Positions 16,972 to 26,624 of a DNA stretch of 29,758 bases are shown piece after piece. Every line of letters begins with the position of its first letter. Positions within the stretch are counted from its first letter, which is position 1. The notes under the pieces were generated by a model, which saw only the letters and a list, made by a program, of their open reading frames with translations, was not told the DNA's origin and made no database searches. The position numbers were made by a program, and so were the translations under genes. The DNA is from Chloroflexota bacterium (GTDB lineage: Bacteria; Chloroflexota; Dehalococcoidia; Lucifugimonadales; Lucifugimonadaceae): the NCBI GenBank assembly GCA_002719295.1, contig PBHC01000011.1, positions 4,132 to 33,889 of the forward strand, written 5' to 3'.

Positions 16972-18180
16972 ATGAATCCTATTATTGAAGTTCTACAGAC
17001 TAAAGATTTCAAAAAACTCTGGTTTATTGGAACAACAGGAATGAGTATGCGATGGATAGAACAAATAGCTCTTGGGTTTTATGTTTATAAAATAACTCAA
17101 GACGAATTCCTAGTAGGATTAGTTTTCTTTTTTCGGAACATTCCTATGCTTATCTTTGGAGCTTTTATAGGAGTTTTATCAGACGAATTTAATAAAAAGA
17201 ACATCTTAAAAGCAACTTTGATTATGACAACCATAGTTTACTTTTGTTTGACAATAAGTTCCTTGCTCGGACAATTAAATTATTTTCAAATTTGCTTTGG
17301 AGCTTTTGCAGCAGGTCTTGCATGGTCTTTTGATTTTCCAATAAGGAGATCTTTATTAAGTGAAATAGTTGATAGAAGGTTGTACCCTAGTGCTATTGGA
17401 GTAGATATGACATCTAGTAATATAGCTAGAGTCATAGGCCCAATTTTCGCGGGAATAGTTTTACAACAAGTAACGCTTTTACCCATATATCTTTTTGGAA
17501 CATTACTGTTTTTTATGGCTTTTATTGCCTGTTCTAAAGTATCAGACAGGCCATTATTAAAAAATAAACACTCTAGCTCTATTAAGTTTTTATCAAAAGA
17601 CTTATTAGAAGGAATAAAATATATTTTTCAAAGCAGAACATTGATAACAGTATTAGTTGTAACTATAATTATGAATTCATTAGTTTTTACCTATCAAAGC
17701 CAATTATCAGTTATAGTGCAAAATAATCTTACAGATTTACCTATTATTCTTGGAGTTTTAGCAGCTTTAGAAGGTTTAGGGGCTACATTTGGCACTTTAT
17801 TAATTGCAAATTTTCCTTTTAAAAGAGGAATAATGATTTTTCTTTCAGGATCTTTTCTTTTTGGTTTTTGCATAATGGCATTTGCTTTTTCTCAATCCAT
17901 TACACTAAGCATAATTCTAATGATACTAGGCGGATTTGGAATGGCAGGTTTTGGGACTTTGCAATCAATATTAATTATTAGTTCAGCAGATCAAAAAATC
18001 AGAGGCAGAGTATTGGGAATACTAGCAATAACAATAGGAACCCAGCCTATTGGTGCGTTTCTGCTAGGATATTTTTCAAGAGAATATGGGTCAGCAACAG
18101 CGTTAAAATATTCAATATTTTTTGCTTTGATTCTATTAACTTTTGTAACTTTGTTGCAACTACGGAAGCAATCTAACTAA
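16972..18180 (+). CDS. MFS transporter (12-TM, MFS_3/EntS-like)
   Basis: GVLSDEFNKK motif-A variant, FDFPIRRSLL, ARVIGP and RGRVLG. Confidence 0.9.
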   Translation: MNPIIEVLQTKDFKKLWFIGTTGMSMRWIEQIALGFYVYKITQDEFLVGLVFFFRNIPMLIFGAFIGVLSDEFNKKNILKATLIMTTIVYFCLTISSLLGQLNYFQICFGAFAAGLAWSFDFPIRRSLLSEIVDRRLYPSAIGVDMTSSNIARVIGPIFAGIVLQQVTLLPIYLFGTLLFFMAFIACSKVSDRPLLKNKHSSSIKFLSKDLLEGIKYIFQSRTLITVLVVTIIMNSLVFTYQSQLSVIVQNNLTDLPIILGVLAALEGLGATFGTLLIANFPFKRGIMIFLSGSFLFGFCIMAFAFSQSITLSIILMILGGFGMAGFGTLQSILIISSADQKIRGRVLGILAITIGTQPIGAFLLGYFSREYGSATALKYSIFFALILLTFVTLLQLRKQSN

Positions 18181-18265
18181 TAAAAAAATCAATTATAAAA
18201 GCAGTTATTACACCTAAAACTGCAGCAATAAATCCGACTAAAATAAATAAATATAAAAGTTTCAT
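18173..18265 (-). CDS. Putative small single-TM protein, 30 aa (MKLLYLFILVGFIAAVLGVITAFIIDFFIS)
   Basis: ATG overlaps the MOSC gene stop in an ATGA arrangement (18265-18262). The ORF fills the whole gap and ends at TAG 18175-18173. Confidence 0.6.
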   Translation of the reverse strand: MKLLYLFILVGFIAAVLGVITAFIIDFFIS

Positions 18266-18687
18266 AACAATTCTATTTTATCTTTTTGTGAAATGTATCC
18301 AGTTTGTAAAGGAGTTGCAAATGCGTATAAATTACCCTGCAATTTCATAATCACATCCGGATCATTATAACTAGCGCTAGCACAAGCATCTTTTACGAGA
18401 GTTATTTTCATTTGCAAAGAATCATTTATAGATAATAATTGACCTTCTTTACACGAATTAAGATCGATATTATCAACTAAAATATTTTCTCTCAATACAC
18501 CTCTTTTTAAATCATAATTATCGTAAAGTTTTCCGTCAACTATCATAATTTGCCTAGTATCATTAATTTTTGAAAATCTGTCTCCATCAATTCCAAAGTT
18601 CTTAATAATTTTGATTTTTTTTTCATATTTCATAGGTTTTTGTTTCCCAACATTTATTCCCAATAATCTAATACTTCCCATAGCCAA
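18262..18687 (-). CDS. MOSC-domain protein
   Basis: GIDGDR, RQI, RENI, KDAC and GYI...D.I pattern of standalone MOSC proteins. Confidence 0.8.
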   Translation of the reverse strand: MAMGSIRLLGINVGKQKPMKYEKKIKIIKNFGIDGDRFSKINDTRQIMIVDGKLYDNYDLKRGVLRENILVDNIDLNSCKEGQLLSINDSLQMKITLVKDACASASYNDPDVIMKLQGNLYAFATPLQTGYISQKDKIELL

Positions 18688-18697
18688 TATCCTTTAA

Positions 18698-19078
18698 TTA
18701 ATTAAAAATTTTTATTGCTCGTATTCCAAGAATAACCATAACTAAACCAACAAAATTTGTAAGAATAAGATTCAAAAATAAAAAATAGAAATTTCTTTGA
18801 TTTACTAGGTTAAAATTATCTAATGCAAATGTTGAAAAAGTAGTTAAAGATCCTAAAAATCCAATTATTAAAAAAATCTTTAAATTCTCAGAGAGCATAA
18901 GTTTATTTTCAAATAAGCTTATTAGTAAGCCTATAAAAAAACATCCCATAATATTTACTACAAAAATTCCAAAAGGAAAATTTGAATTAAACAATTTATC
19001 TATTTGAGGACTTATAGTAAATCTAAGAGTTGCACCTAAAGCACCACCCAAAGAAACTAATAAAATATTAATCAACAT
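18698..19078 (-). CDS. crcB: Fluoride efflux channel Fluc/CrcB
   Basis: GGALGATLRF, FPFG...VN..GCF and GFLGSLTTFSTF motifs. Confidence 0.95.
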   Translation of the reverse strand: MLINILLVSLGGALGATLRFTISPQIDKLFNSNFPFGIFVVNIMGCFFIGLLISLFENKLMLSENLKIFLIIGFLGSLTTFSTFALDNFNLVNQRNFYFLFLNLILTNFVGLVMVILGIRAIKIFN

Positions 19079-19103
19079 CGTTTGAAAATCTACTTACTTC
19101 TTA

Positions 19104-19130
19104 GCTTATCACTATATTAGAATGATAAGC
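19104..19130. promoter_or_regulatory. Inverted repeat GCTTATCA-N11-TGATAAGC in the divergent crcB/MFS promoter region
   Basis: Perfect 8-bp arms, with outer arms ATCTAC (19088-19093) and GTAGAT (19134-19139). Confidence 0.5.
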
Positions 19131-19165
19131 GATGTAGATAAAAAATTCTACTCTTCTATAGAAAT

Positions 19166-20725
19166 TTGATAATGCCACTTTCATCATTAGAAAAAAAATT
19201 AAAAATCAGAATCATGCTAACATTGTTTGTTTGTATGTTTGCAACAACAATATATCAATCGATAGTTTCTATAGCTGGACCATCTATAATTGCTGATCTA
19301 GGAGGGTTTGAATATTACGCCTGGTTATTTTCAGGATTTTCATTAACTTCTGCTGTGTGTGCTCCTTTTGTGGGTAAATTAACAAAAATTTATGGTCCAA
19401 AAAAAATAATGATTCCTGCTTTGATTATTTTTTTATTTTCTACAATATTATGCGGTCTAAGTAATTCAATGTTTTTACTTATTTTTTTTAGATCTATTCA
19501 AGGATTGGGGCTTGCTGGAGTACTTGGTGTAGTTTGGATAATGATTGCTTTACTTTGGAGCCCAATTGAAAGAGGAAAATGGTTAGGGGCTACAGCTGCA
19601 GGATTCACACTTGCAGGATTAATTGGACCTTTTTTAGGAGCATATATTACTCAGATATTTGGATGGAGGTTTGCTTTTTTTGCTATTATTCCTGTGATTA
19701 TATTTTCAATAATATTAATATCAAAAGTTCTCCCTAATATAGAGAGAAATATATCTACTAAATTTGATTATCTTGGTGCTATTTTTTTTACAATATTTGC
19801 AAGTTCGTTTCTTTTTGCTTTATCAATAATAAGTTTAGAAATTACAAAAATATATTTGTATATTAGTATTTTATTTTTAATTTCATTTATTTCATTTGGT
19901 ATTTTTTTAAATATTGAAATTAAAGCTAAAGAAGAAGGCTTTATAGATATTACTTTATTTAAACATAAATATTTTTCCGGAGGGATGATTGGAAATTTGA
20001 TTATACCTATGCAATTTGTTGTATATAGTATTTTTGTCCCTTTATCACTCATCGGTGTATATGGTTTTTCACCTGCAAAAACTTCCATAATATTAATAAT
20101 CAATGCAATAACAGTCGCTATTGGTGCAAACGTATTTGGATACTTAATTTCAAAAGTTAAGCTACAAGTTTGGATCGCTTTATTTGGATTCTCAGTTAAT
20201 GGTTTTTGTACTTTTCTATTTGGATTTACAGACTTAAACATAAACTTTATCAGTCTTTTAGTTTTGGTATCTATACAAGGCTTTGCTATACCAGGCGCAT
20301 TTCAGGTTTTTATGGTTTGTATACAAAATAATCTACCCCAAGAAAAAATTGAAATTGTTACTTCTAGTCTTCAATTTGCTAGGGTTTTTGGCATTTCTTT
20401 ATCTGGATCAATACTGGGAGGAATACTCATAATTAGCATGACTGACTATAATTTTGAAAAACCTAGAAGTGAAATATATGATCCTGATAATATAACTTCT
20501 ACAGAAAAAATTGAAGAGATAAAACAAAAATATATTGTTTCAAAGGAGCTAGATTTTTTTGAAGAAGACCTAAATCTTTCCAGACAAAATCTTATGAAAG
20601 GATTAAAAATAGTTTATTATTCAGCTGCAATAACGAGTATTTTAGGAATTATTTGCTCAGTATATATTTTTTATGATGCTAGTCGACGTCAACTCTTGGA
20701 GGAGGATTCAATACGCAGTGAATAG
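19166..20725 (+). CDS. MFS drug/H+ antiporter, 14-TM (DHA2/EmrB-like)
   Basis: PSIIADLGG...Y.W, GKL...YGPK, FRSIQGLG, ERGKW.G, GP.LG and FDYLGA. The start may be ATG 19172. Confidence 0.88.
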   Translation: MIMPLSSLEKKLKIRIMLTLFVCMFATTIYQSIVSIAGPSIIADLGGFEYYAWLFSGFSLTSAVCAPFVGKLTKIYGPKKIMIPALIIFLFSTILCGLSNSMFLLIFFRSIQGLGLAGVLGVVWIMIALLWSPIERGKWLGATAAGFTLAGLIGPFLGAYITQIFGWRFAFFAIIPVIIFSIILISKVLPNIERNISTKFDYLGAIFFTIFASSFLFALSIISLEITKIYLYISILFLISFISFGIFLNIEIKAKEEGFIDITLFKHKYFSGGMIGNLIIPMQFVVYSIFVPLSLIGVYGFSPAKTSIILIINAITVAIGANVFGYLISKVKLQVWIALFGFSVNGFCTFLFGFTDLNINFISLLVLVSIQGFAIPGAFQVFMVCIQNNLPQEKIEIVTSSLQFARVFGISLSGSILGGILIISMTDYNFEKPRSEIYDPDNITSTEKIEEIKQKYIVSKELDFFEEDLNLSRQNLMKGLKIVYYSAAITSILGIICSVYIFYDASRRQLLEEDSIRSE

Positions 20726-21419
20726 CTAGTAATTTTCCTACTGACTTATGATCGTTAAAAATCCCATGCCTTACTGCTACTTCGCATGTAAACATATCTC
20801 CCTGATTTAGAGAAATATGATCATCATCAGCATAAACACAATTTAACTTACTTTCTAAACAATACATTGATTCTTCATGTTCAGGATGATAGTGATTTGG
20901 AGCAGCTGCCCCTGGATCTAATATCAATTCTGCAAAATAAGTTGATTCAGCACCCAAAAAGTCTCCCACCATATCATATCTCATAATTCCAGGCTCAAAT
21001 TCATATGGTTCATTTTTAGATCTATCAAAAAAACCATTTTCAGGTTTTGTATTGGTGAAACTAGGTTCATCAACTACTTCTTTATCAATATTTATTGAAG
21101 GAGACATAGTGATAATCCTTGCATTAGATTTACCTGTATTTTCGAACCCATGTGCTTGAGATTTTTTTGCAAGTATACAATCTCCTTGATATGCAATAAA
21201 TATATTATTTTCAAGTCTGAAAGTAACAGTTCCTTCAGCTACGAATAAAGTTTCTTCAACATTTGAAATAACATAATAATCTGACTTACTTCCTTCTTCT
21301 AAATTTATCTCATTAACAGAAAGCATATCTGACCCTGTTTCTTTACCAGTTAGAAGTAAAGAAGTTGCTCCTTTAAAAGGAATCGATGAAGTTTGTTCAT
21401 TTCTTTTATTAATTGTCAT
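20679..21419 (-). CDS. Two-domain cupin protein
   Basis: Two cupin repeats. The second has HYHPEHEE...H metal ligands; the first has YYVISNVEE...H. Confidence 0.85.
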   Translation of the reverse strand: MTINKRNEQTSSIPFKGATSLLLTGKETGSDMLSVNEINLEEGSKSDYYVISNVEETLFVAEGTVTFRLENNIFIAYQGDCILAKKSQAHGFENTGKSNARIITMSPSINIDKEVVDEPSFTNTKPENGFFDRSKNEPYEFEPGIMRYDMVGDFLGAESTYFAELILDPGAAAPNHYHPEHEESMYCLESKLNCVYADDDHISLNQGDMFTCEVAVRHGIFNDHKSVGKLLAIHCVLNPPPRVDVD

Positions 21420-21436
21420 AATTTAACCCTTATCGA

Positions 21437-22087
21437 TTATTTTAGATTCCAAGAACTTTCCCAAAATAAATATTCAAATTCTAATGCTTCTTGGAAAATT
21501 TCATTTGCTACTTTATTATCTACTTTTTGTTGTATAGAATCAACATAATTAATAAGCCAGTTAGTTATTTCTTGATACTCAACATCATTGTAAGCTTGTA
21601 TCCACCTAGAATGGAAACTATTTTCTAAAGTTTTATTTTTTTTAGCTAACCTTCTTCCTATCTCGTCATACCCCCACTGACAAGGAAGAAGAGAACAAGA
21701 TATATATTCAATATCATACTTATAAGCTGTGGATAATAAATAATTACAGTAAGATTTGGTTCCCAAAGTTGTTTCTGAATTATATAGTTCTTCTTTTGAT
21801 ATTCCAAAATCTAAACAAAATGACTCATGAAGAGTCATTTCAGAATTTAGTGTCTCATCAAGAAGCTTAGACCAAAAAGACATTATTTTATGATCAAAAG
21901 ATTTTGAAATAGCTACAGAAATAACTCTGCAATATTCGATCAAAAACTTATAATCTTGAATCATGTAATGTTTGAATTTTTCAAATTCTAAACTCCCATC
22001 TTGAATTCCTTCAATAAAAGGATGCTTAACATGAGCTTTATTCCAAAGAGATAAATTATTTTTTTTAAGAGATTCAGCAAAAGACAT
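21437..22087 (-). CDS. tenA: Thiaminase II / aminopyrimidine aminohydrolase
   Basis: HPFI, F.HYMIQDY.FL, E...H, LLPCQWGY (catalytic Cys), WI..Y and E..FW motifs. Confidence 0.92.
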   Translation of the reverse strand: MSFAESLKKNNLSLWNKAHVKHPFIEGIQDGSLEFEKFKHYMIQDYKFLIEYCRVISVAISKSFDHKIMSFWSKLLDETLNSEMTLHESFCLDFGISKEELYNSETTLGTKSYCNYLLSTAYKYDIEYISCSLLPCQWGYDEIGRRLAKKNKTLENSFHSRWIQAYNDVEYQEITNWLINYVDSIQQKVDNKVANEIFQEALEFEYLFWESSWNLK

Positions 22088-22088
22088 T

Positions 22089-22460
22089 TTATTTTTTTAT
22101 AACCTTAACTTCTGCTCCTCCAGAAACACTTTTTAATAAATTTAGATCTCCAGATAATTTACCCATAATATTTGTAGGAGATGCAGGCCTTATTTCTCCA
22201 GGTGAACTCATTGGAGTTGGCCCAAAAAACAAACATACAGCGTTTCCAGGAGGCCAAAATGCTATATCTCCTAAATCTACAGTTTCTTTTGCCCATTCAT
22301 CATTCTCAATAGCCATATTAGTTGAAAAATAAATTTCATCTCCCCAAACTTGAGAAATCCCTTCAATAGGTAGCTGATCATATAATGCATTAGATGTTGG
22401 AGAATCGTTTAACTCTGCAGTCATTTTTAATTCTCCAAAATCAAATATTATTTCTTTCAT
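22089..22460 (-). CDS. Cyclophilin-like fold protein (DUF369/TM1367-like)
   Basis: LP......WGDEIYF, GDIAFWPPGNAVCLFFGPTP and RPASP.N..G. Confidence 0.88.
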   Translation of the reverse strand: MKEIIFDFGELKMTAELNDSPTSNALYDQLPIEGISQVWGDEIYFSTNMAIENDEWAKETVDLGDIAFWPPGNAVCLFFGPTPMSSPGEIRPASPTNIMGKLSGDLNLLKSVSGGAEVKVIKK

Positions 22461-22521
22461 AAAATTCCTCTGTAATCATTAACAAAAATAAATATAATTT
22501 AAATATGATATTACAAATTAT

Positions 22522-23181
22522 ATGAATAAATACTCTTCAGTCATAATAGCAGGTGGCAAAAATAAAAGAATAAATATGATTAAACCACTTATAAACTTAG
22601 GTGGTAAACAAATTATAGTAAGAATTAATGAAATTCTAAAAGAAATATTTTCAGAAATAATTTTAGTGATTAGAAAGGATCAAAATGATGATATTCCTGA
22701 TTTAGGAATGGCAATGGGTATGCATATAGTTGAAGATATATACCCAGATATTGGTCCTATTTCTGGAATTTACACAGGATTAAATGAATCCATAAATGAA
22801 AAGGTTTTTGTAATTGGTGGAGATTATCCTTTTTTATCAAAGGACTTAATTATTTATATGACCAACAAATCAAATAAGGATAAATCTGTATTTGTAAAAA
22901 ATAAAAATATCATTAATCCATTACATGGAATTTACCTAAAAAAGACTTGGGAAGAAAAATTATATAAAAATATTCAAAATAAAAAATTTTCTACTAGAAA
23001 AATAATTGATGAAAATCATAATAAAAAAAATTGTGAATTACTAGATTTTGAAAAATTTGATAAAACTTTTAAGGAAAGTTTAATTGATATAGATACATTA
23101 GAAGATTTAAAAAAAGCAAGAAAGATCATTTATTCAAAAAATCAGACCATAAGACCTGATATTCGGCCTGAAGGATTATAA
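22522..23181 (+). CDS. mobA: Molybdenum cofactor guanylyltransferase
   Basis: IIAGGKNKRI...K, D.....GPISGI, D.PF, PLHGIY and DIDT.ED motifs. Confidence 0.8.
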   Translation: MNKYSSVIIAGGKNKRINMIKPLINLGGKQIIVRINEILKEIFSEIILVIRKDQNDDIPDLGMAMGMHIVEDIYPDIGPISGIYTGLNESINEKVFVIGGDYPFLSKDLIIYMTNKSNKDKSVFVKNKNIINPLHGIYLKKTWEEKLYKNIQNKKFSTRKIIDENHNKKNCELLDFEKFDKTFKESLIDIDTLEDLKKARKIIYSKNQTIRPDIRPEGL

Positions 23182-23186
23182 ATTTA

Positions 23187-26100
23187 TTACTCGTACCTTA
23201 GTGCTTCTGCAGGATAGGTTTTACTCGCTTCATTTGCAGGTATTACGCTAGCTAGAATAGAAGCAATAATGGTAATTCCTATCAAGAATCCTACTTCTCC
23301 AAAAGGTATAACAAATTTTGCACCTTCAAGTTCTTTTGAAATTTCATTATAAATTAGCCAAGATTGTAAAATACCCAAAAATATTCCAACGACAATTCCA
23401 AGTAGAGTAATAAAAGAAGACTCAATAAGAAATTGAGTTCTTATCATACTAGATCTAAATCCTATTGCTCTTAAAACACCTATAGACTGTCTTCTTTCAA
23501 CTACTGCTCTAACAGAAAGAACACCAATAGCAGCTACTCCTACAACCAAGCCCAGACCACTAAAGCCTTGAAATAATTTATTAAATGCATTACTTGTTGC
23601 TTGCTCTTCTTCAAGTCGATTTAAAAGGCCATATGCATTCATACCATTCGCTAAAAATGTCCTTTCAAGTTTTTGAGCAAAATCTGTAGGTGATTGATCA
23701 CCTGATAATGAAAAATAGTAAGTTTCTAAAGGGAGATTTTCGTTAGCTATGCTATTTCCATTCAAATAAGTAGTATAAAATTTTGCTCCTCCTCCACCAA
23801 ATCCTGTTTCTTCTGCTAGTCTTTCAACTAAACCTATAACAGTAAATTTATTAGCCTCTTCAGTAGAATTTCTTTTTCTAATATTTACATCAAATGCTTC
23901 TATTTCTTTTTCATCACCAGGCTCAATATAAGATGTCTTAAAGCTTCTATCAGGTGGCCCAAAAGGATCTCCAGAAGCGATGATTGATCCACTTGCAACT
24001 ATTAAATTTGGATTATTTCGTAATGATTCCCATATTTCTTTATCAGTAGAACCATAATTTGGATCAAAATGTGCCATTCTCCATTTTGTTGTATCCATAA
24101 ATTCTTGCTCGTATGAGATTAATTTAGAAGTTTTAAATGATTTATTTTCACCATCTGATTCACTTACTTCAATATCTAAACTAGAAGATCCAAAAACTGA
24201 ACTATAATCATTCATATTTAATGAGTCCTCAATTTGACCTTGAATTGGTAATTCAGTGCTTACACTTGCCTTTATATCAAATCCACCAGTAACTCTTTCT
24301 GGTTGCTCAGATGCAATATCTCCAATACCATTCAAAACAGAAAAAATCATCAAAGTAAAAATTATTAGTCCAAACATAGCAACCGTTAATCCAGTTCTAA
24401 ATTTAGATGCCATAGGATAACTTATTGCAGTTTTCGTTACAGCCCTTAATCCAGAGAACCTTGATAAGATCAAATTTAAAACAAATATTAGAAATCTAGT
24501 ATTGCTCATAAGAAGCCAAACCGCAGCTGCAGTGGATATAGCTCCTCCAATTGGCCACGCCCATGGTCCAGGTTGAGATAATTCTCCGGTAAATCTTTCA
24601 AAGAAACTTAAAGGTAAAGAATTTAATAAAAGTACTAATCCACCTTCTAATGTTCCTCCTATTTGATTTACTGTTTCTGGGTCATTTATATATTTTGATG
24701 CCAAGAATCTAATTAACAAAGCTATTGCTAAAACTCCTCCTGTAGAACCAAACCAAATGTTGATATATGCATCGTTTAGAATCCCTGTTGCTAAAAGTAA
24801 TAGAGAAATAACTCCTAGTAAAACATATGAGTGCTTCCCAAACAAAACAAATAAAGATCTAGTTATACTAAATGGCCAAGAAACCGGAAAAATTATTAAT
24901 AATAATAAAGAATTAAATCTTGGAGCTTTTCCAGATACCATTAAGTACAATTGCTTTACTGGATAAATTAAATTCCATAAAAGTTGAAAAAGATTAGTTT
25001 TAAAAGGATCAGGAGCTTTTTTCACAAATTCATCTTTTAGGCCTCTAATTGCAACAACAATATTTAAGTTACTAGCTCTATAAGCTGAAAAAACTACCGT
25101 TATAAAAGTCAAAATCAATCCACTAGCAAAAGCGATTAATAAAGATATAGGAGAATAATATGGAAGTATTTGAAAATTATCTGTACCTATAAGATCTTGA
25201 AGAATATAAACTAAGCCGAAACTTAACCCAACTCCAAGCAATGTCCCTACTATAGCAGCTAAAAATGAATACAAGGTTCCTTCATAAGTAAAAAGTTGAA
25301 TCAAATCTCTTCTTTTTAATCCAACAGCTCTAGCCATGCCTAATTCTGTTGATCTTGCAGCTGCAAGTAATACAAATACAAGAAAAATCAAAAGCATGCC
25401 AACCATTATAGAAAATGAACCAAAAATAGAAAAAATTGTGGTTACTCCAGTCGATACAGCTTCAGCTAACTTAACTCCATCACTTTTTACATTATCCACT
25501 CTTAATCGAGTTAATTCTTGAGACATTTTTAATACCATCCCAGCTTCTTTTTCTAGGGCAGATTTTTGCAAAATACCCAATAAAACTAACTGAGTAGGAT
25601 AGTCTGTGATAGTAGTAATAAAATCATCATCATATGTATTATTATCAAGTTTCACTGATAATTCATTTAGAGTATCGAACGTATCTTTATCTGTCTCTTT
25701 TATCTCATTTGCCTCTTTAACTAAAATAGAAGGAATATTATTTGTTCTAAGTAAATCAAACAATCCTAAAGCAACATCTTGATTGGTCAAATTAGATCGT
25801 AGAAATTTAGTAACATCTTCAGAATATTCTAATGATTTATCTCCTTCTCCAATATTTGAAACAGCAATATTAGTTAATTTATTTTCTTTATCCAGAAGAT
25901 TTTGCAATGTACTAAGCTTAAATGTGACGTATGGATAAGTACTCCCTCCAGTTAGCCCTCCGGCTTTCAAAACATCCGCTACAATAAATTGATTTGGCCC
26001 TTCTTTTGTGTAAATTTGGATATTGTCTCCTTTTTCAAGTTTTAGGATTCTACCTGCATCATAATTTATGAAAACCTTATCAGGTCCAAGTAAATCAACA

Positions 26101-26624
26101 GAAACTTTTTCTCCATCTAAATTTTCAAAAGTTTTCTGCAAAGAAAAAGTAAAGTCAATACCTCTAACATTCATGCTACTTTCAGCAATATCTTTTTCAT
26201 CATTTGAGGAAGGTAAAGTTGTTTGAATATAGGGAATTAACTGCTCTATATTTTGATTTTCTTTAGATAAATTCTGAACATAAACAAATTCAGAGTAATC
26301 AAAATATTCATCCCCAAAAAGCTGTTTTCCTGGACCTTTAATAACTTCATCAACTGGACCCAAACTGTCAACAGCAACAGATCTAATAGAATATCGAACA
26401 GTGTCACCAATTCCTAAAGATGTAGCAATAATGATTGAACTAAGCATTAGGCCAATCACAATTAATAAGCTTTGACCTTTTCTTCTTGGTATATTTCTAG
26501 TTCCCATTTTAAATAAAATAAATCTTCTAATCGAACCAAAAGATACTAATGCAAAAATCACAATTAATAAAGCAGCCATTACAATAGCAAGATTGTTTGC
26601 GGGTATTCCGAAAATTTTATCCAT
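23187..26624 (-). CDS. Large ABC permease with two FtsX-like domains
   Basis: Duplicated architecture with AARSTELGMARAVG...EG and VERRQSIGVLRAIG...ES, ending PAEALRYE. Confidence 0.92.
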   Translation of the reverse strand: MDKIFGIPANNLAIVMAALLIVIFALVSFGSIRRFILFKMGTRNIPRRKGQSLLIVIGLMLSSIIIATSLGIGDTVRYSIRSVAVDSLGPVDEVIKGPGKQLFGDEYFDYSEFVYVQNLSKENQNIEQLIPYIQTTLPSSNDEKDIAESSMNVRGIDFTFSLQKTFENLDGEKVSVDLLGPDKVFINYDAGRILKLEKGDNIQIYTKEGPNQFIVADVLKAGGLTGGSTYPYVTFKLSTLQNLLDKENKLTNIAVSNIGEGDKSLEYSEDVTKFLRSNLTNQDVALGLFDLLRTNNIPSILVKEANEIKETDKDTFDTLNELSVKLDNNTYDDDFITTITDYPTQLVLLGILQKSALEKEAGMVLKMSQELTRLRVDNVKSDGVKLAEAVSTGVTTIFSIFGSFSIMVGMLLIFLVFVLLAAARSTELGMARAVGLKRRDLIQLFTYEGTLYSFLAAIVGTLLGVGLSFGLVYILQDLIGTDNFQILPYYSPISLLIAFASGLILTFITVVFSAYRASNLNIVVAIRGLKDEFVKKAPDPFKTNLFQLLWNLIYPVKQLYLMVSGKAPRFNSLLLLIIFPVSWPFSITRSLFVLFGKHSYVLLGVISLLLLATGILNDAYINIWFGSTGGVLAIALLIRFLASKYINDPETVNQIGGTLEGGLVLLLNSLPLSFFERFTGELSQPGPWAWPIGGAISTAAAVWLLMSNTRFLIFVLNLILSRFSGLRAVTKTAISYPMASKFRTGLTVAMFGLIIFTLMIFSVLNGIGDIASEQPERVTGGFDIKASVSTELPIQGQIEDSLNMNDYSSVFGSSSLDIEVSESDGENKSFKTSKLISYEQEFMDTTKWRMAHFDPNYGSTDKEIWESLRNNPNLIVASGSIIASGDPFGPPDRSFKTSYIEPGDEKEIEAFDVNIRKRNSTEEANKFTVIGLVERLAEETGFGGGGAKFYTTYLNGNSIANENLPLETYYFSLSGDQSPTDFAQKLERTFLANGMNAYGLLNRLEEEQATSNAFNKLFQGFSGLGLVVGVAAIGVLSVRAVVERRQSIGVLRAIGFRSSMIRTQFLIESSFITLLGIVVGIFLGILQSWLIYNEISKELEGAKFVIPFGEVGFLIGITIIASILASVIPANEASKTYPAEALRYE

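Noticed and set aside
19079..19165. Fluoride riboswitch upstream of crcB
   Set aside because: The GGNGAUGG...GCUGAUG consensus is not seen on the minus strand.
19122..19169. 15-aa uORF MISDVDKKFYSSIEI before the MFS gene
   Set aside because: No SD, no biased codon content and no linked terminator; consistent with chance.
22461..22521. TPP riboswitch upstream of the tenA operon
   Set aside because: Only 61 nt, nearly all A/T, with no CUGAGA motif.
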